Below are positions 1 through 18,718 of a stretch of 64,000 bases of DNA, piece by piece. The stretch spans positions 86,490,001 through 86,554,000 of the forward strand of contig OX638149.1 in assembly GCA_951804945.1 (NCBI GenBank), in the 5' to 3' direction. This DNA is from Podarcis cretensis. Lineage: Eukaryota. Positions within the stretch are counted from its first letter, which is position 1, and every line of letters begins with the position of its first letter. The position numbers were made by a program, and so were the translations under genes. Under the pieces are notes generated by a model. The model was not told the DNA's origin. It saw nothing but the letters and a program-made list of their open reading frames with translations, and ran no database searches.

Positions 1-19
1 TCTCTGAACCTTTGTTCAG

Positions 20-49
20 ATCAGTTGATGCCAAGGCTCCACCTCTGCA
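20..49 (+). CDS. SPTB: Candidate 30-nt SPTB exon (phase 2-2), SVDAKAPPLQ
   Basis: tttgttcag|ATCAGTTGATGCCAAGGCTCCACCTCTGCA|gtaagt with a consensus donor. It could instead be the 3' end of a longer exon truncated by the window edge. Confidence 0.45.
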
Positions 50-2384
50 GTAAGTGCCTGTCTGAAACAGCCTCTCCTGTGGTCAAGCCATTTTGCATGA
101 CCAGATGAATGATTGGTCACATGTAAGCCTGGCAATAGAATGGGACCTTGGAGCAATCCCTCGCAGGTTCGCTGTTAAGGATAAATCCTGGAGGCCTGGA
201 GTAGTGTTTTGAAGGCCATCCTGCCAAAAAAAGAGAAGAGAATCTCTGCTGCTGTTGCTGCTTTTCTCTCATATCTGCTTCCATCCAGCCTTTTCTACTA
301 ACTTGGTAACAATTACTGGCCTTGACATTTGTGGCAACTGGGTATGCATGCTACACACTGCAAAGTAAGTTGTGGTTAATCACAAAAGAAGGCAGCAACT
401 TGAAGCCGCTGTTTTCTCAGTACACACGCTTGCAACAAACCCTCACTTGTAAGCATTTTGTTTCGCAGGCAATTCAAAAGCCATTTTTCTTAAGTCCCCT
501 GGGGACTGACTGTTCTGTAATATCAGTTTTCTTCTGGGACTGGTTTATTGTGACCATCTACTCTCTGCAGGTATTTAAGGTCTTGGAGCTTTGCTGCTCT
601 CTGTGGAATAGCTGATCACTGTCACAGTAGCAAAGGCCAAGTGTCTGGATAAGGTGCCCTGCAAAAGAGTGCTTGTGAGAAAACAAGTCTTTGTGGAGCT
701 GTTCACAAAGTTGAGTTTCTATGGATTCCTGCAGGCATTGGGACAGCTCGTTCCATACTTTGTCTTGTTCACTGTGATGCACCAAGAAGGCCTGTTGCAA
801 TGAGATAAGGAGGGCAGAGGGCACCAGGAAAAGGAAGCACAGCTGTAGTTTTTATAGTCAAAACGGTTTAGATTTTTCAGGTGTTTCTGGCACAGCACTG
901 AAAAATAACTGCACTCGGGAATCCCAGCCAGCCAGCAGATGCCAGCACGAAAGGACAAGGCATTGGACCTAAGATTGGGGCAGGGACGATTAAGACTGAG
1001 GAACACTTTGCTAGGGGCTACCTTTGGCCAAATTATTTATTCCACTAATTTAGATTTTTAACACCCTCCCCCTCTTCCAGAGACTCAGTTGTTGAGCTGT
1101 GGCGTCTAGGTGTATTTTGCCATGTGCCTCAAATCAATAAGAGTTGCGCAAGGTTTTTTTGGGGATTACATTCAAAACTGTAGAAGCAAGAAGCGCTTTG
1201 CTAAAAAGATTCCTCAGAAGTCATACATGGAGTTGCCTCAGGTAGCCTATTTATTTGTCCCTGGAGCACTTTTCAGCCTTCCCCTAAAGCTGGGCTAGGA
1301 GTTCTGTGGCCATCCAAATGTTGCTGGGCTACAACATCTGAAGGACCCAGGGTCTCCACCACAGCCATAAAGCCATAAAGGCCAGGTCACAACTGATGAA
1401 ATGCATGTATCATTCCTATAACTTGCCATGTTATGACAAAGCTGCTTTCGCTGCTGTTGTGCTCATGGCAGGAAGCCTTGATTAGCAGGGGTTTCCTACC
1501 GCATGCTTACGTGGTGAAATAGGCACCTGTGCTCTTTTATCACAAAATTTATTCACACAACAAATGGTGAGGAAAATACTCCCCGCCCCCCCCAAGCAGG
1601 CAAGCTTTTGACATTTTGAAAAGTATACCGTGGAGTTATTGAAGATCTCAACAAAATAAGTTCTGGCCTTAGTACTGCTCCATTAGAAGTCAGCATTGGT
1701 AGGAAGACAAGAAGAATAGAATCCTACCTTTGGCATCAGGCCCAGTAATTTCTCTGACCTGGCGCAAGCACAGATCTACTGGTGTGCTTTACATTCAATG
1801 TGTGATGCCAATGCAGAATTAGCCAGTATAACCTAAAGAGCCTTTGGCCAACCTGGTACCCACCAGATGTTTTGGACTACAACTCCCCTCAACCCCAGCC
1901 AGTGGGCACCAAGTTGGCAAAGGCTGACCTGCACTACTCTGCACAGCTGGTTGAATGTTGGATGCATGCTGGGGGTAGTTACACTGTGTGGTCCAAGTAC
2001 AGATGTCTTAGGCTGCACTCCTGGCCACACCTGGCAATGTTCTATTGAAGTTAATGGAACTTAGACACACATAAGATAGAGCTGCTGATATTTTCCTGGC
2101 ACCTAAGCGTGCTGTTGGCTCTTGAGTCTCGTTTTTAGAGCCATTGCTTACCCTGGGGTTCGTTCCAGCTTTGTGGTTCTATGATTACATTCTGCACTTA
2201 GACCCACAATCACACAATGTACTTGCAGTTCTCAATGTTGCAAACACAAAGTGAATGCAGTTGATATGGAAATTCTTCTACCAGTTATTCAAAGGTAAGT
2301 CCACTAGGCCTCAGTGGGGCTTATATACTTGCAAACAACAGGAGCATCATAAACATATTCTGTGTTAACAAAAGCAAATCTTAA

Positions 2385-2880
2385 CCAAAAGAGTTTTAAT
2401 TATCTTTCTGAAGGCTGGGAAGGGGGTTTGTGAGCCTGGGCAGCACAACTACGAAGTTATTCATTAAGCAACCTCAAATGATAGTAGGGTGAACAGCAGA
2501 GCATCCCAGAGGATGTTAAAAGGAGGACAGAATCATGAGTGGGGAGCAGATAGCCCTTCAGATTTCCCAGACCTAAACTATATGTGGCTTTAGAGGTTAT
2601 AGCCAGGGATGAATTGGGTTTGGACACATGCTGCAAGCCAGTGCATAAAGCAATACAGTCAAATTCTCCAAATAAAGATCTCTAGTAATTGCCTGGTATT
2701 ATGAGCCAGCTATAGTTACTGAACAGTTTTCAAAGGCAGCCTCACACTAGAGTGGTCCAAAGTATGTGTGGTAGTGGCCAGATTCCCCCTTTTCTGGAAG
2801 GGACTGCACCTGGCACACTAAGTGAAGCTCCTGGCCATGGCCAAACCATGCCCCTCCAAGCACTAGCAAACTGAATAATC
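2385..2880 (-). mobile_element. Degraded L2-like LINE fragment
   Basis: Decayed L2 3'-end phrases (tttagaggttatagccag...gaattgggtttgga...gccagtgca; cagttttcaaaggcagcc); boundaries approximate. Confidence 0.5.
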
Positions 2881-3528
2881 ACTCTCAGGTTAGCTTTCCA
2901 GCTGATCATATGAACTCTGTCTCACCTGGTTTAATTTTTATGTAAAACTGGGAGCAATATTGCAGTCAAATATTACAAACCAGTTTACAGGTTGCCTTCA
3001 TGAGCTCAGATTACGTCCACCATAGATTTGTGATAAATAGTTTCACACAAGTGCAGTTTCCACAGGAATGAAACAACTGCGTAAATTGGTCCTTGGATGT
3101 GACCAAGGACCCTTTCCAACATCCTCTATTCAGGCTTTCAACATTGCAGCTATGTTGGTGACTTGTGTGGTGCTGGAAGTGTGTTGGGCAGTAACGACAC
3201 TGAGACTCACCCTGCATATCTGTGCTACACCTTTGTAGCAGTATTATATCAGTTTAACGGTCATGGCTTCCCCCCAAAGAATCCTGGGAATTGTGGTTGC
3301 TGCTGAGAATTAGCTATTAAGAGATCCCTAGCCACTGCCCCCCCCCAAACAAAACCTCAGTTCAGTGGAGAGGTGGGATGACAACTGAAGCCACTTTAGG
3401 TGTCCAGCTATATATTGCAGAGAATACCTGGATGTCAAGGACACCTCCCTGCCAACATACAACTCCCAGTATTGTTTGTTAAAAGAAAAGTGATGTCAGT
3501 ATTTCTCTGCCCTTACTTTCACTTGTAG

Positions 3529-3535
3529 AGAGCAG
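3529..3535 (+). CDS. SPTB: Candidate 7-nt SPTB microexon (phase 2 in, phase 0 out)
   Basis: atttctctgcccttactttcacttgtag|AGAGCAG|gtatac. It reconciles the phase-2 donor at 49 with the phase-0 acceptor at 6700. Confidence 0.3.
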
Positions 3536-4049
3536 GTATACACAGAAGAACACATTGGCATCATCTCATATGTTCTTTGCCAAATATTACCAAGAAGGTG
3601 CGGCAAGAATGAGATGGGTCAGCAACATCTACCTGTCCCCTGTAATATTTAGTTGGATCTTAACATTGTGATGTACGTCTACAATGCCCTGCATGGAATT
3701 ATCACTTCTAGGCAGTACCAGGCTGAGCAGATTTGCCGTCAACTTGTTTCTAAAGTGACTTTGGGCAGGGTGCTTATCTCTGCATTCCCTGCCAGCTATT
3801 GCTCTTCTCTGGGATCACACATGCCTAACAGAGACATTACAATATGCTCTCTCTTCTTAGCTGTGCTGTGGACTATTGACCTCAGTTCCTTTTGCTTCCT
3901 CTGATCCACTGAATTGGAGGCAGTATGAGATGCAAATATAAGCCTCAAGAAGTGCCTAATGTTGCTGGCTTTATATGCTCCTACCGACACAAAGCACTTC
4001 TCTGTCCCTCTTGCCCTGTAGCAGCTGATCCATTTAGGCAGCTTGGAAT

Positions 4050-4305
4050 CGTAAGAACATAAGTGGAGCCTGTTGAATCAGGTCAAACGCCCATCTGGAT
4101 GCTCTCACAGTGGCCACCCAGACGCCTTTGGGAAACCCAAAAGCAGGACCTCCCCACTTGTGATGTCCAGCAATTGGTATTCAAGAGACACACTGCCTCT
4201 GACAGAGAAGGTAGAACATGGCCATCGATAGCCTGATCCTCTAGGAATTTAACCAATCCTCTTAAGGTTATCCAAGTTGGCCACCACTACATCTTGTGGA
4301 ACATC
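4050..4305 (-). mobile_element. CR1-like 3' fragment
   Basis: taagaacataag...gagcctg...atcagg and tatccaagttggccacc motifs shared with the copies at 9140 and 58392. Confidence 0.55.
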
Positions 4306-5659
4306 TAAAACGTGAAGCCAGCTCCAGCCACTGTACAGCCTATGATGGTTCCAAGCTAGGATCATCAGTTGTGTGGACCACTGCAAACCAAAGCATCCTT
4401 GTGCATCTGGAATGAGGGGCCTTTCAAGTAAATGCCAATCTACACATTCAGAAAAATCACATGACACAGTCTGTAAGGCACTATAATACTGGTGTGGAAA
4501 TTCCACAATGGAGTGTTCCCTTGTGGCAGAAACACTGCTTACACAAAGAGTGCTATTGTGTTAGGAAGACAGGATCTAAACCTGTCTGGCATGCTGGTTA
4601 GCTAGACATGCCCCAGAGATATTGTATGTCAGGGAAATACTTAAAACATGCAAACTCCACCAGTGCCCTGATGTATGATACCAGGGAGGCTGCACTATAT
4701 TGTTTCCCCAGGCATGTACCAGTAGTTTGGTACTGAAAAACTGGACAATAGGATATGTGGGAGCCACCCAGAGTGGCTAGGGAAACTCAGCCAAATGGAC
4801 AGGATATAAATAATAAACATTATTATTATTATTGGAGAGCTGAGCCCACCAGTTTCTGCAGGATTAATGTTTGAGTTGTGCCCATTCATCCTTTTCATTA
4901 GGGATTCCCACTTAGCTCAGGTAAATTACTGAAATGTACTGCTTGTGCATGATGGTTGGAGGACTTGTCTGTGAATTGATAATGTGCCTGGCTGATGTTA
5001 TTGTTGATGGAAAAGAGAGGGCACTAGGATTTGTCTTAGGCTCAGTCCTTTGGTTTGTGATTGACTGCTGGTCATGAGTAGGGATTGCATGAGTAGCTGT
5101 CCAGCTTCCCAGCAATCTATCATCCAAAGATTGTCTCCTGCCCTGTATGCTCAGAACTGACTCCCATAACATGTACATGGTGACACCTCTCTTATTTGAA
5201 ATCCCTCACCAGAAGTAATATTTTCTGCCCACAGTCTTTAGCACAAACATATTATTTCCTATGTATTCCACCTAGTGGTGCAGCAATAAAACTGCTAGCA
5301 CATTTGCAAAGCTCAGTGGGGTCTAGTATGCTTTCAAGTTGGATGGGTGACTGTGTGTTGAGATTTAGGGGTGGACTTAGATGGCCTTTGCGGTCCCTTC
5401 CAACTCTACGATTCTATGATTAGAAGTCATAATGTAGCCTGTTGGCTAATTAAGCCTAACCGTGTGTATTTGAAACAACCATATATTCCTTCTATGCTAA
5501 CTTCTGCAGCTTTTCCTTTCATATTCTCTAAAGTACCATGCACACTAATGGGGCTACATAAATCAATGCATGAAATATATTGCTGTCTGTAGACTATTAC
5601 AAACTTAACCTTCTTTGAAATAATGGTCATTTCCCAGGAGTAGTTGTAGATCCTCTAAG

Positions 5660-5800
5660 ACGGCTTTCCCCAACCTCATACTTTCCAGATGTTTTGGACT
5701 AGAGCTCCCATTAGCCCCAGGCAGCACAGCCCAGCTGGCTCAGGCTGATAGGATTTGCGTTCCAAAACATCTGGAGGGCACGAGGTTGGGAAAGGCTGCT
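5660..5800. mobile_element. Palindromic MITE (ggactacaactccc family)
   Basis: Inverted arms ctttccccaacctc...ccagatgttttgga / tccaaaacatctgg...gaggttgggaaagg; same family as 34623-34758. Confidence 0.7.
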
Positions 5801-6241
5801 TTAGGATGCGTCAGCAGGATTTTAGGGTTCATCCATACTTACCTTTGCTTTGCATTTGTAGGCACAGGTTCAAGCTTTCCAGATCCAGATCTGAACTCTG
5901 TTTTTTGCCCCACGCTTTCCCTGCAAAACCCTCTCTTTCCCATTGAATTGGAGCAAACAGCAATCCACTGAAAACCCAAATTGCCATTTGCACCTATTTG
6001 TTGTCAAAGAGTGGATTTTCCTGGCTGAAGCACTCAGACATGGACTGGAAAAGGTGGGGGGGAGAGATAGGATGGGATGGGTGAGTTTCAAACCACTGAA
6101 TCTCTGTGACTTTAGTGTTGCTGTTTAAAGCTCAGTGTTCAGGTTATCCACTGAGATCACTGCATCTACAATCAGATTTTAGGTGTTGGTTTTAAAAATA
6201 AAGCAATAATATAGTATTGGCAGTGTTGGCTGCCACCCCCT

Positions 6242-6268
6242 ACACACACACACACACACACACACACA
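6242..6268. repeat. (CA)n microsatellite
   Basis: Visible dinucleotide run. Confidence 0.95.
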
Positions 6269-6699
6269 GGCTTCTCCATGTACCCAAATAGTACAGGAAG
6301 GAACTTGGTTGCAGTGGCATCTCTTTTTTACAAACATAATTTGAGTAAAAACCTTGAGATGATAAGAGTGGTAGAATTTTGCAAATGAGGGGTTATATTT
6401 TGATTCCTACCCCTCTGAAAAAGCTTCCTGCATGTAGTAAGGGAGAGGGCTATACAAAGCAATCCCCACTGCTGTGCCAGGGGAACCTGTGGAGTGATGG
6501 GCATTTCAATATATACTTCCCTCCAGCCCTCTGAAGTGGTATGGTACAGCATTTGTTCACTACAGTCAACTGCCTCAGTCTACATAATATGAAGAAAGAC
6601 TCTCACTTCCTTCCATGGAATGGAGCAAAAGTCAGAAACACACACACGCCATCTTGAATGGTTCTGTTTTTGGTTAAACAAGTTGTCCCTCTCGTGCAG

Positions 6700-12129
<5,430 letters not shown>

Positions 12130-15100
12130 CTAGACAGGTGGCTTGGTCCAGCCAGATGCCTATGTTCTAATGTGCATAAAGGGGGGAAAACCTGCATGTC
12201 TGAGTGTCCCTGGGCACTCCTGGCACCACTCAAAACACTGTTCTCATCTCCACAACACAGCCTTGCTTCTCATTTCCCACCACATCCCCATCTCTCTCCC
12301 CCACACAACCCAGGGCATCAAGCCAGTGTTTCAGGTAACAAGGCAACATCCCTGCTGCAAGCAGAGCTGCGAGGTGTGTGTCCTTGGTTGGTTCATTGGG
12401 AATGCAGAGTTCAGCAAGGCTGACCTTGTGCGTGATCATGCTTTGCACACCTCTCTGTGAACAAAGAACTGCTTCAGGGAAGAAGACAGTGTGTCAATTT
12501 CAGGGGCTTTTTATGGAAGAAAGGAGTGAAGCAGGAACCTAGCCCACCCCAAAAGAGAACTGAATGAAAACCACGATGGCTCTGGAGCAATTCTGCTTAT
12601 CTCGGAGTTTGGGGAAAATACGTCCTCAGCTCATTGCCAAAAGCCCTGGTTCCCAGAAGCTGCTTTCCCAAATTGTCTGTTGGAATAGAACCGTCATGTG
12701 GAATTTCACCGTCATCTATAGCACAGGCACACCATGCATCAAGATCCAACCCTCATGCTGGAAGTCAGTTTTCTCTTTTCAGCAGGTCTGATGCTCTTCT
12801 TTGCAGGGGCATCTGTGACGTACGCACACACGCATGCACAATACCGTGTCACAAAGCACAGAACTTTCTCACCAAAAGGTTCCACCCAGAGTCCACTGCG
12901 TTGGTGGCGGAATCCTTGCTCGATTATAAATGAATCAGGGTTGCAACCAAAGAGGAGAGCATGACCCATGTTCAGACTTCTGCACTAAATTGGTTAGAAT
13001 GGAGACGTGTTAGAAATGTGTGTGTGTGTTTGTGAAAAAGAGAGGAAGTTTGCTCACCCGCTGCAAGCACTAGGAATACAACGAAGCTGAAGTTAGTTGC
13101 AGCTACGCCCCACTGAGAAGCAGCCTGTTGGGTTTCAGGGGACTTTAGCCTCCATTAACTTTTGCTGGATTGTGCCCCACATTACTTGATGAGGTTTTTA
13201 TCAGCCCCACTATATTTATGCCGGGGTTAACTTTGTGACTAGGCTGAATCCAGGTGCTCTCCCCTCCCCTGAGCTTTCTGTAAACATCTGTTCTGTGTTG
13301 GCTCAGCTCTCCAGAAGCAAATGGCTCCTCTCTTATCCCTCCGAGGATGCGTTGTGCCCGAGCATGGCCTTTGGTAATCCACTGCACTGCTTACACTTCT
13401 GTAGAATGGAGTGTGGCTTTCTCAGTTACTGTAAATGCAGTCTTAATCCCAACTGCTCCCTTCTGCAGAGACCTCTGCCTGTGATGTGTGGGTGTCTGAA
13501 TGGCTGTTTAAAATATATACAGGCACATCTAGCTCTGACCTTATGATAAAGTTCACACGCCCCTTATCCAAGGAAGGAATTCATCATTCCCCCCTCCCAA
13601 AGACAGATGGAAGCTCAGCTGTATTGCTCTTTTTGGAACATATTGCTGGAGAGCTAATTGCTTTTGACATTGAGTGGAGCCTGGAGATTGCCTTTCCTGC
13701 AACGGCCTCTTTGCAGCGATAGTAAGGATTCTGAAAACAGCAGGCTCCCATTCTTCAGTTGTCTTTTGAGCACCCCACCCCTAGGGCTCATTGCGATTTC
13801 TAAACCATGTTTTCTTTGTGGGTGCCATATACCATACAAAAAGTGCCTTAACCTAGGGGCATCCCATTATCATCACTTCAGGAGTGCGCAGGCTCTGTAA
13901 ACACCATGCACAGATTGGTTTGGATTCTCCTCGCTCGAAAAGGAAGCTATGAAACTGTCTCTTTAAGCAAAAGAGATGGGTTTCGGGGGGGGGGGCTGTC
14001 TTTGCCTCACACCCACAGCTGTGGGAAAAAGCAGGGCTTGGCTTGACACTTACTGTCATGGATCCAGGTACCAACAGCTGAGGCTTGAGGTTTTTCCACA
14101 TGTTACCTTTTGTCAAGTCTCAAAAGTGTTAAACTTTTCCAGATCTCCTGGGCTGTAATGGGTAGCTGACAATCGGCTGCCTCACTATTGTGATGAGCAG
14201 AGCAGATTCTTCCACAATGCTACATTCGAAAAGCCAATACATCTAAATGGTTTTGAATTATAGTGTTCCGGGTTGTGGAGTCTGGTAGCATTAACCCCAC
14301 TGAACATCACCAGTACAGTTATCCGACGGCTTAGCTGCCAGCCTTCTCCTTTCTGCCATTATAAAACAATCACTGCCATAAAGGATGATCTTCCCCCTTT
14401 TATGTTCAGAGTAGGATGCACACCTAGGTGACTGCTGAACAGCAGGTTGTACCACAACTCACATCTTGCAAAATTGGGTTTTTAAATATGAAATTAATCA
14501 GTAGGTGCAGAGATGATTGCAAGGGGAGGTGGAGAAGAAAGTTGAAAAGTAGAGCAGGCAGCCATACTAATTAAGCATCCCTCAATGATGCTGGCAACTG
14601 GTGCCAATTGGGGGCTGATAGGGCAAAACGCAAGGAGACCTGCAGTAGGCTTAGCCAGAGCCAACTCAATCTGGTTTTGTCACTGTGTTCTACAAGTGCA
14701 ACACCAAGACTGAGGAGCAGTGCCACACTCTTGACTGGTTCTAAGTGGGAAGGCAGGTAGCCATGAGAGCCTTTAGCTTTAATGGAGAAGCTTCCACTGC
14801 TTCCATAAGCCTTTCTTGCTTCCAGAGGAAGAGCAAGCAGTGCCCATAAGGACCCTCAGTCAGAGCAGTCAACCCACTAATACTTCTCTGTTGCTGCACA
14901 GTTTGGACACTAGTCAGTGATATAGCATGCTATTACAACAAAGACTTAAATATTGTGGATAATTTGCCACAGCACTGATATTCAAGGCATGCAGCCCTAG
15001 CCTGTGCAGATAAAGGGGCGCCTAGGCTCACTGAAAGCAGTTAGCTTAGGCACATGTGAAACAAGGCCTATTTAAGCAGAATGCCTTTATGCTCCATTTC

Positions 15101-16700
15101 AAGGCTAAAACATGGAAGGATTCTCTCCACCAGGGTACTGATGGTTATTGCTAGGGAGAGCTCAAAGGTGCAAAAGGGAGGGGGAACTCTTCTCTAGCAA
15201 AAACAGTGGGCACTCTTAGGAACAAGAGCCCCCAGCCTGCCTGGAATCGGCATTCTTCTGGTGACCTTGCAAAGCTGTGCTGAAAACCTGTGGGCTGCTT
15301 ATCGTCAGCCTGTTCATTGGTGCCCAGACGACGATGCCAGCATTGGGAAAGAGCACATGCAGAGAGGTGTGTGTCCCCCCCCCCCCCGCCTGCCTCCCTG
15401 CTTGCAGCTGTGCAGTACTGGCACCCTTTTTTCTAGAAAAGAAAGCACTGCCTGCCATACTTACAATCTGAATGCCCCCCAAGTGGTATTTTCTCCACTC
15501 TTCCAGTCCATGCTTATAGAGGATATATACTTTATCAGCCTGCTGAAGTGAGCACAGAATGGCTCAACAAAGGGGGGGGGGGGAAAGGCAGGAGGTTTTG
15601 ACTTCATTGTGGGATTTTTAAAAAAGAAAATCTTATGTGAGGCAGCTCTGTCTAGGAGAGGCACCAGGCAAGGAATAGTAGGGATCCTGCAAGTTTAGGG
15701 TGACCGTTTTTCTTTTAGACAACAAAGCACATGAGAATTAGGAGGAGCCGATTCTCCAGCAAATGCCACCAGGAAGAGAAATATTTACTAAACATGCTAC
15801 CCAACTGCAATTGTACAATAAGTAATACCTTTGGGACCTCATAAGCATTCTGGCTTTAGCAAGCTCAGCCATCCCTTCCCTTCCTGGAGGATATTTTCAC
15901 CTGTCAACTCCTGAGTTTCAGGTATGGTAAAATGCTCCTTTTCAGGAAGCTGAAAACACACAAAGCTAAGCTGAAATGTTATTTGAGACTATTCCTGCTG
16001 TATGACCACTGCCCTATACTAGGATATGTGCTAAATAAGGAAGTTGCTTCAGACCTTATGTGTACTTGTTCTGCTCCCCCGTTTCTTTAACCTTTTGCTT
16101 GTGCACAGCACCATAAGCTGTGCTCCCAGACCTCTGTTTGATTTCAGCTTGGCACGTTTCGAGTGCAGTCGTTGTCGGTGTGCCATTATGTCTCGCTGCA
16201 TTGTGCTCCTACCCATTACAGACCCAGGGAGTGTTACCATTTCCCAAGCAGGAACCATTTGCTGTCTGGCAACTTGCAGCCTTGCCCTGCCTGGCTGCGC
16301 CTAGCTCTTCCTTCTTAGATCTAAAGCGACTTCACCTCCGTCAAGCGGCTCCTCCATCAGGCTTAGCTCTCCAAGACCCCACTACTAATGCAGAGGTCAG
16401 GACCTGTTAGAAGGGAGCTCCACATGCACCAGGCCCAGAACATGTTTGCTTCAGAAGAGCAAGGGCTGTTTCTTGGAGATACGGAGAACAGCTAAAGTAG
16501 CCCAGGACCTCTCCTACAGGTTTATAGGGTTTGGGGGTTCATACTCTTTTAAAAACAGCTAGGCACCAAGTTCCACCTGCTCCAATGTGCTTCCACTGTC
16601 CAGAGAAAAGAGCTAAAGCTTCAGAATGTGCTTCAGAAGCAATTTAATAACATTTTTCTAATAAATGAACAAATAAACCCTTCTTGGCTCCTGGATTTTG
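12130..16700 (+). other. SPTB: Probable SPTB 3'UTR (~4.5 kb)
   Basis: Runs from the stop codon to the first AATAAA hexamers I found downstream (16660, 16672); the end is approximate. Confidence 0.55.
16660..16677 (+). terminator. Tandem poly(A) signals for SPTB
   Basis: AATAAA at 16660-16665 and 16672-16677 followed by T/GT-rich ttcttggctcctggattttgtgtg. Confidence 0.65.
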
Positions 16701-17386
16701 TGTGCAATTTCTGTTCGTGAAGGGCTCACCCACAGTTACCTGCAGTGTGGTTAAAGACACATGTGAGAGCCTAGGGGCTGGTGTGTAACACCTCTGCTCA
16801 AAACTCTAGATGTCCATTTTCTAACAGGCCAAGTTCAAAGTGTTACTATTGGTATGCAAAGCCTTTACCGGATTGGGACCAGTTTACTTGCGGGGTCACC
16901 TTACCCCACATGTGCCCTTTTGATGGCTTGGGTCTGCAGAACTGCCACTGTTACAGGTGCAACATAAGACCTTTTCTGCACTTTTAAGAAATCCACCTTT
17001 TCATATTGCTGCACCTGCACTTTGAAACTCCCTTCCTATTGACATCAGGCAGGCACCTTTGCTATATTATTTTTGGCGCTTGCTTAAAACATTTCTGTTT
17101 AGGCAATCCTACCCAGACATGGAGCAGTTACATGTGTTTTATCTCTCTTCAGCTACTGTTGTATTTAATAATACTCTGGATGTTTTAAAATCCCCATACT
17201 GAGAATTTAAATGTTTATATTTTTGTAAACCCCTCAGAGGTGTTCTTACAATCAAGCGATACATAAATTTTGTCAAAATCAAGGAAAAACAAAACACTAT
17301 GCAGTCATTTTGCTGCCTGGAACACCCACACCGTTTCCAGCTTACAAAAGAAAAGGGAGCACCCCCAAAAGTTATCTTGAATAGCC

Positions 17387-17392
17387 TTTAAT
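17387..17392 (-). terminator. Candidate poly(A) signal (ATTAAA) for PLEKHG3
   Basis: Plus-strand tttaat = minus ATTAAA, followed on the minus strand by T/G-rich cttttgggggtgctcccttttcttttg. I saw no minus-strand AATAAA between it and the stop. Confidence 0.45.
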
Positions 17393-18718
17393 GCAAAGTA
17401 TCCTTGAACATGTCCAGAGATGTTGCCTAAGGACCTCTGGGATAGTCTTTGGCAGGCAGAGAGAGGAATGGAGCAGACCCATGACATTTTCTGTTGTTTG
17501 AAACTCACCCTAAGAAGGTGGGCATTGCTTCTCTGCTGTTTGGTGGAGAAATAACCTCAAATACTTCCCACCCCAGCTGATGAAAACCCACCATTGCACC
17601 CTGACTCCTGCCCCAGAAATCCAGAATGTGTTTGTGCCCCACTTCTCTCAACCGTCACTGCCTACCCTTCAACCCAACATTCGATAATAAGACTGGGCAG
17701 CTGCAGCACTTTCCTATTTCTCCATACAAAGCTCTCCTCTAGTGGAGCTGCATTGCTTCCTTTGGCAAAGTGTCCCATCTTAGAGAAACTTGATCTAAAG
17801 ACATCCAGTAGTGGGGGTGGGGCAGTGATCTTTCCAGCCTGACCAGTGAATAGAATAAATCTTCTACCAAGGGATGTGCAGGTCTTTTAAGACCTCCTGG
17901 CACTATAGTGGATCAGAACCACACTAGCGTAAGCCCATGCCACTGGTGAACTTAAGAGAGCTCTGTGACGCTCAAGACTTCTCAATCTTACTTCTGCAGT
18001 AAAAAATCATAGGCTGCAATTCCCCCCCCCATTCCCCCCACCCACCCTCCAAGTGAAGAAACCACAGCCACATTTTCTGGTCAAAAGTGGTTATTGCACA
18101 GTGCGTACAAACTGAAATGTGTACACAACCAATATTATTAAGATTATATACTATCAAACTGGGAGTCTTAGATCAACCCTCTGCCAGCCACAGTAAAATC
18201 ACGCTCTTAAAAATAAAAAAGTAAAGACAAAAGATAATTTGGAACAATAACTTATGGTTATCCTATGAGACTGAGCAACAGAAGGCTCATTCATTTCTGC
18301 TGTGGCTTGGCAAAGCAAAGATTTGGTCCTGAAGGGAAAGGAAACACCTTTTCTTAGTGGACCATATGGGTAGCTGCAAAGGAGTCTCTGATTTGTGGTA
18401 TGCCTGTCCTGATGGGAAGCTTCTCAGTGCTTCCCGGAAACGTGTGAAGAGTACTTCCCAACAGCACAGCCAACAAAGGACAGCAACCACCTGCTTCAGA
18501 ATGCACAGCCATGAGCTCAGCAACTTCCCAGAGGGTAGAGGCAGCTGGACACGAAGGTTGGAGCACAATGAGCCAGGTGCAATCCAGGTCGGAGGAGAAG
18601 AGACTGTCACCCGTCCTTTCTCCTCTCAAGGAGCTGGAGGAGAAAATGATGTCAACTCCAGAACCATCCTAGTTCATAAAAGAGGGCTTAGCAACATGGG
18701 AGCAACAGACATAGGAGC

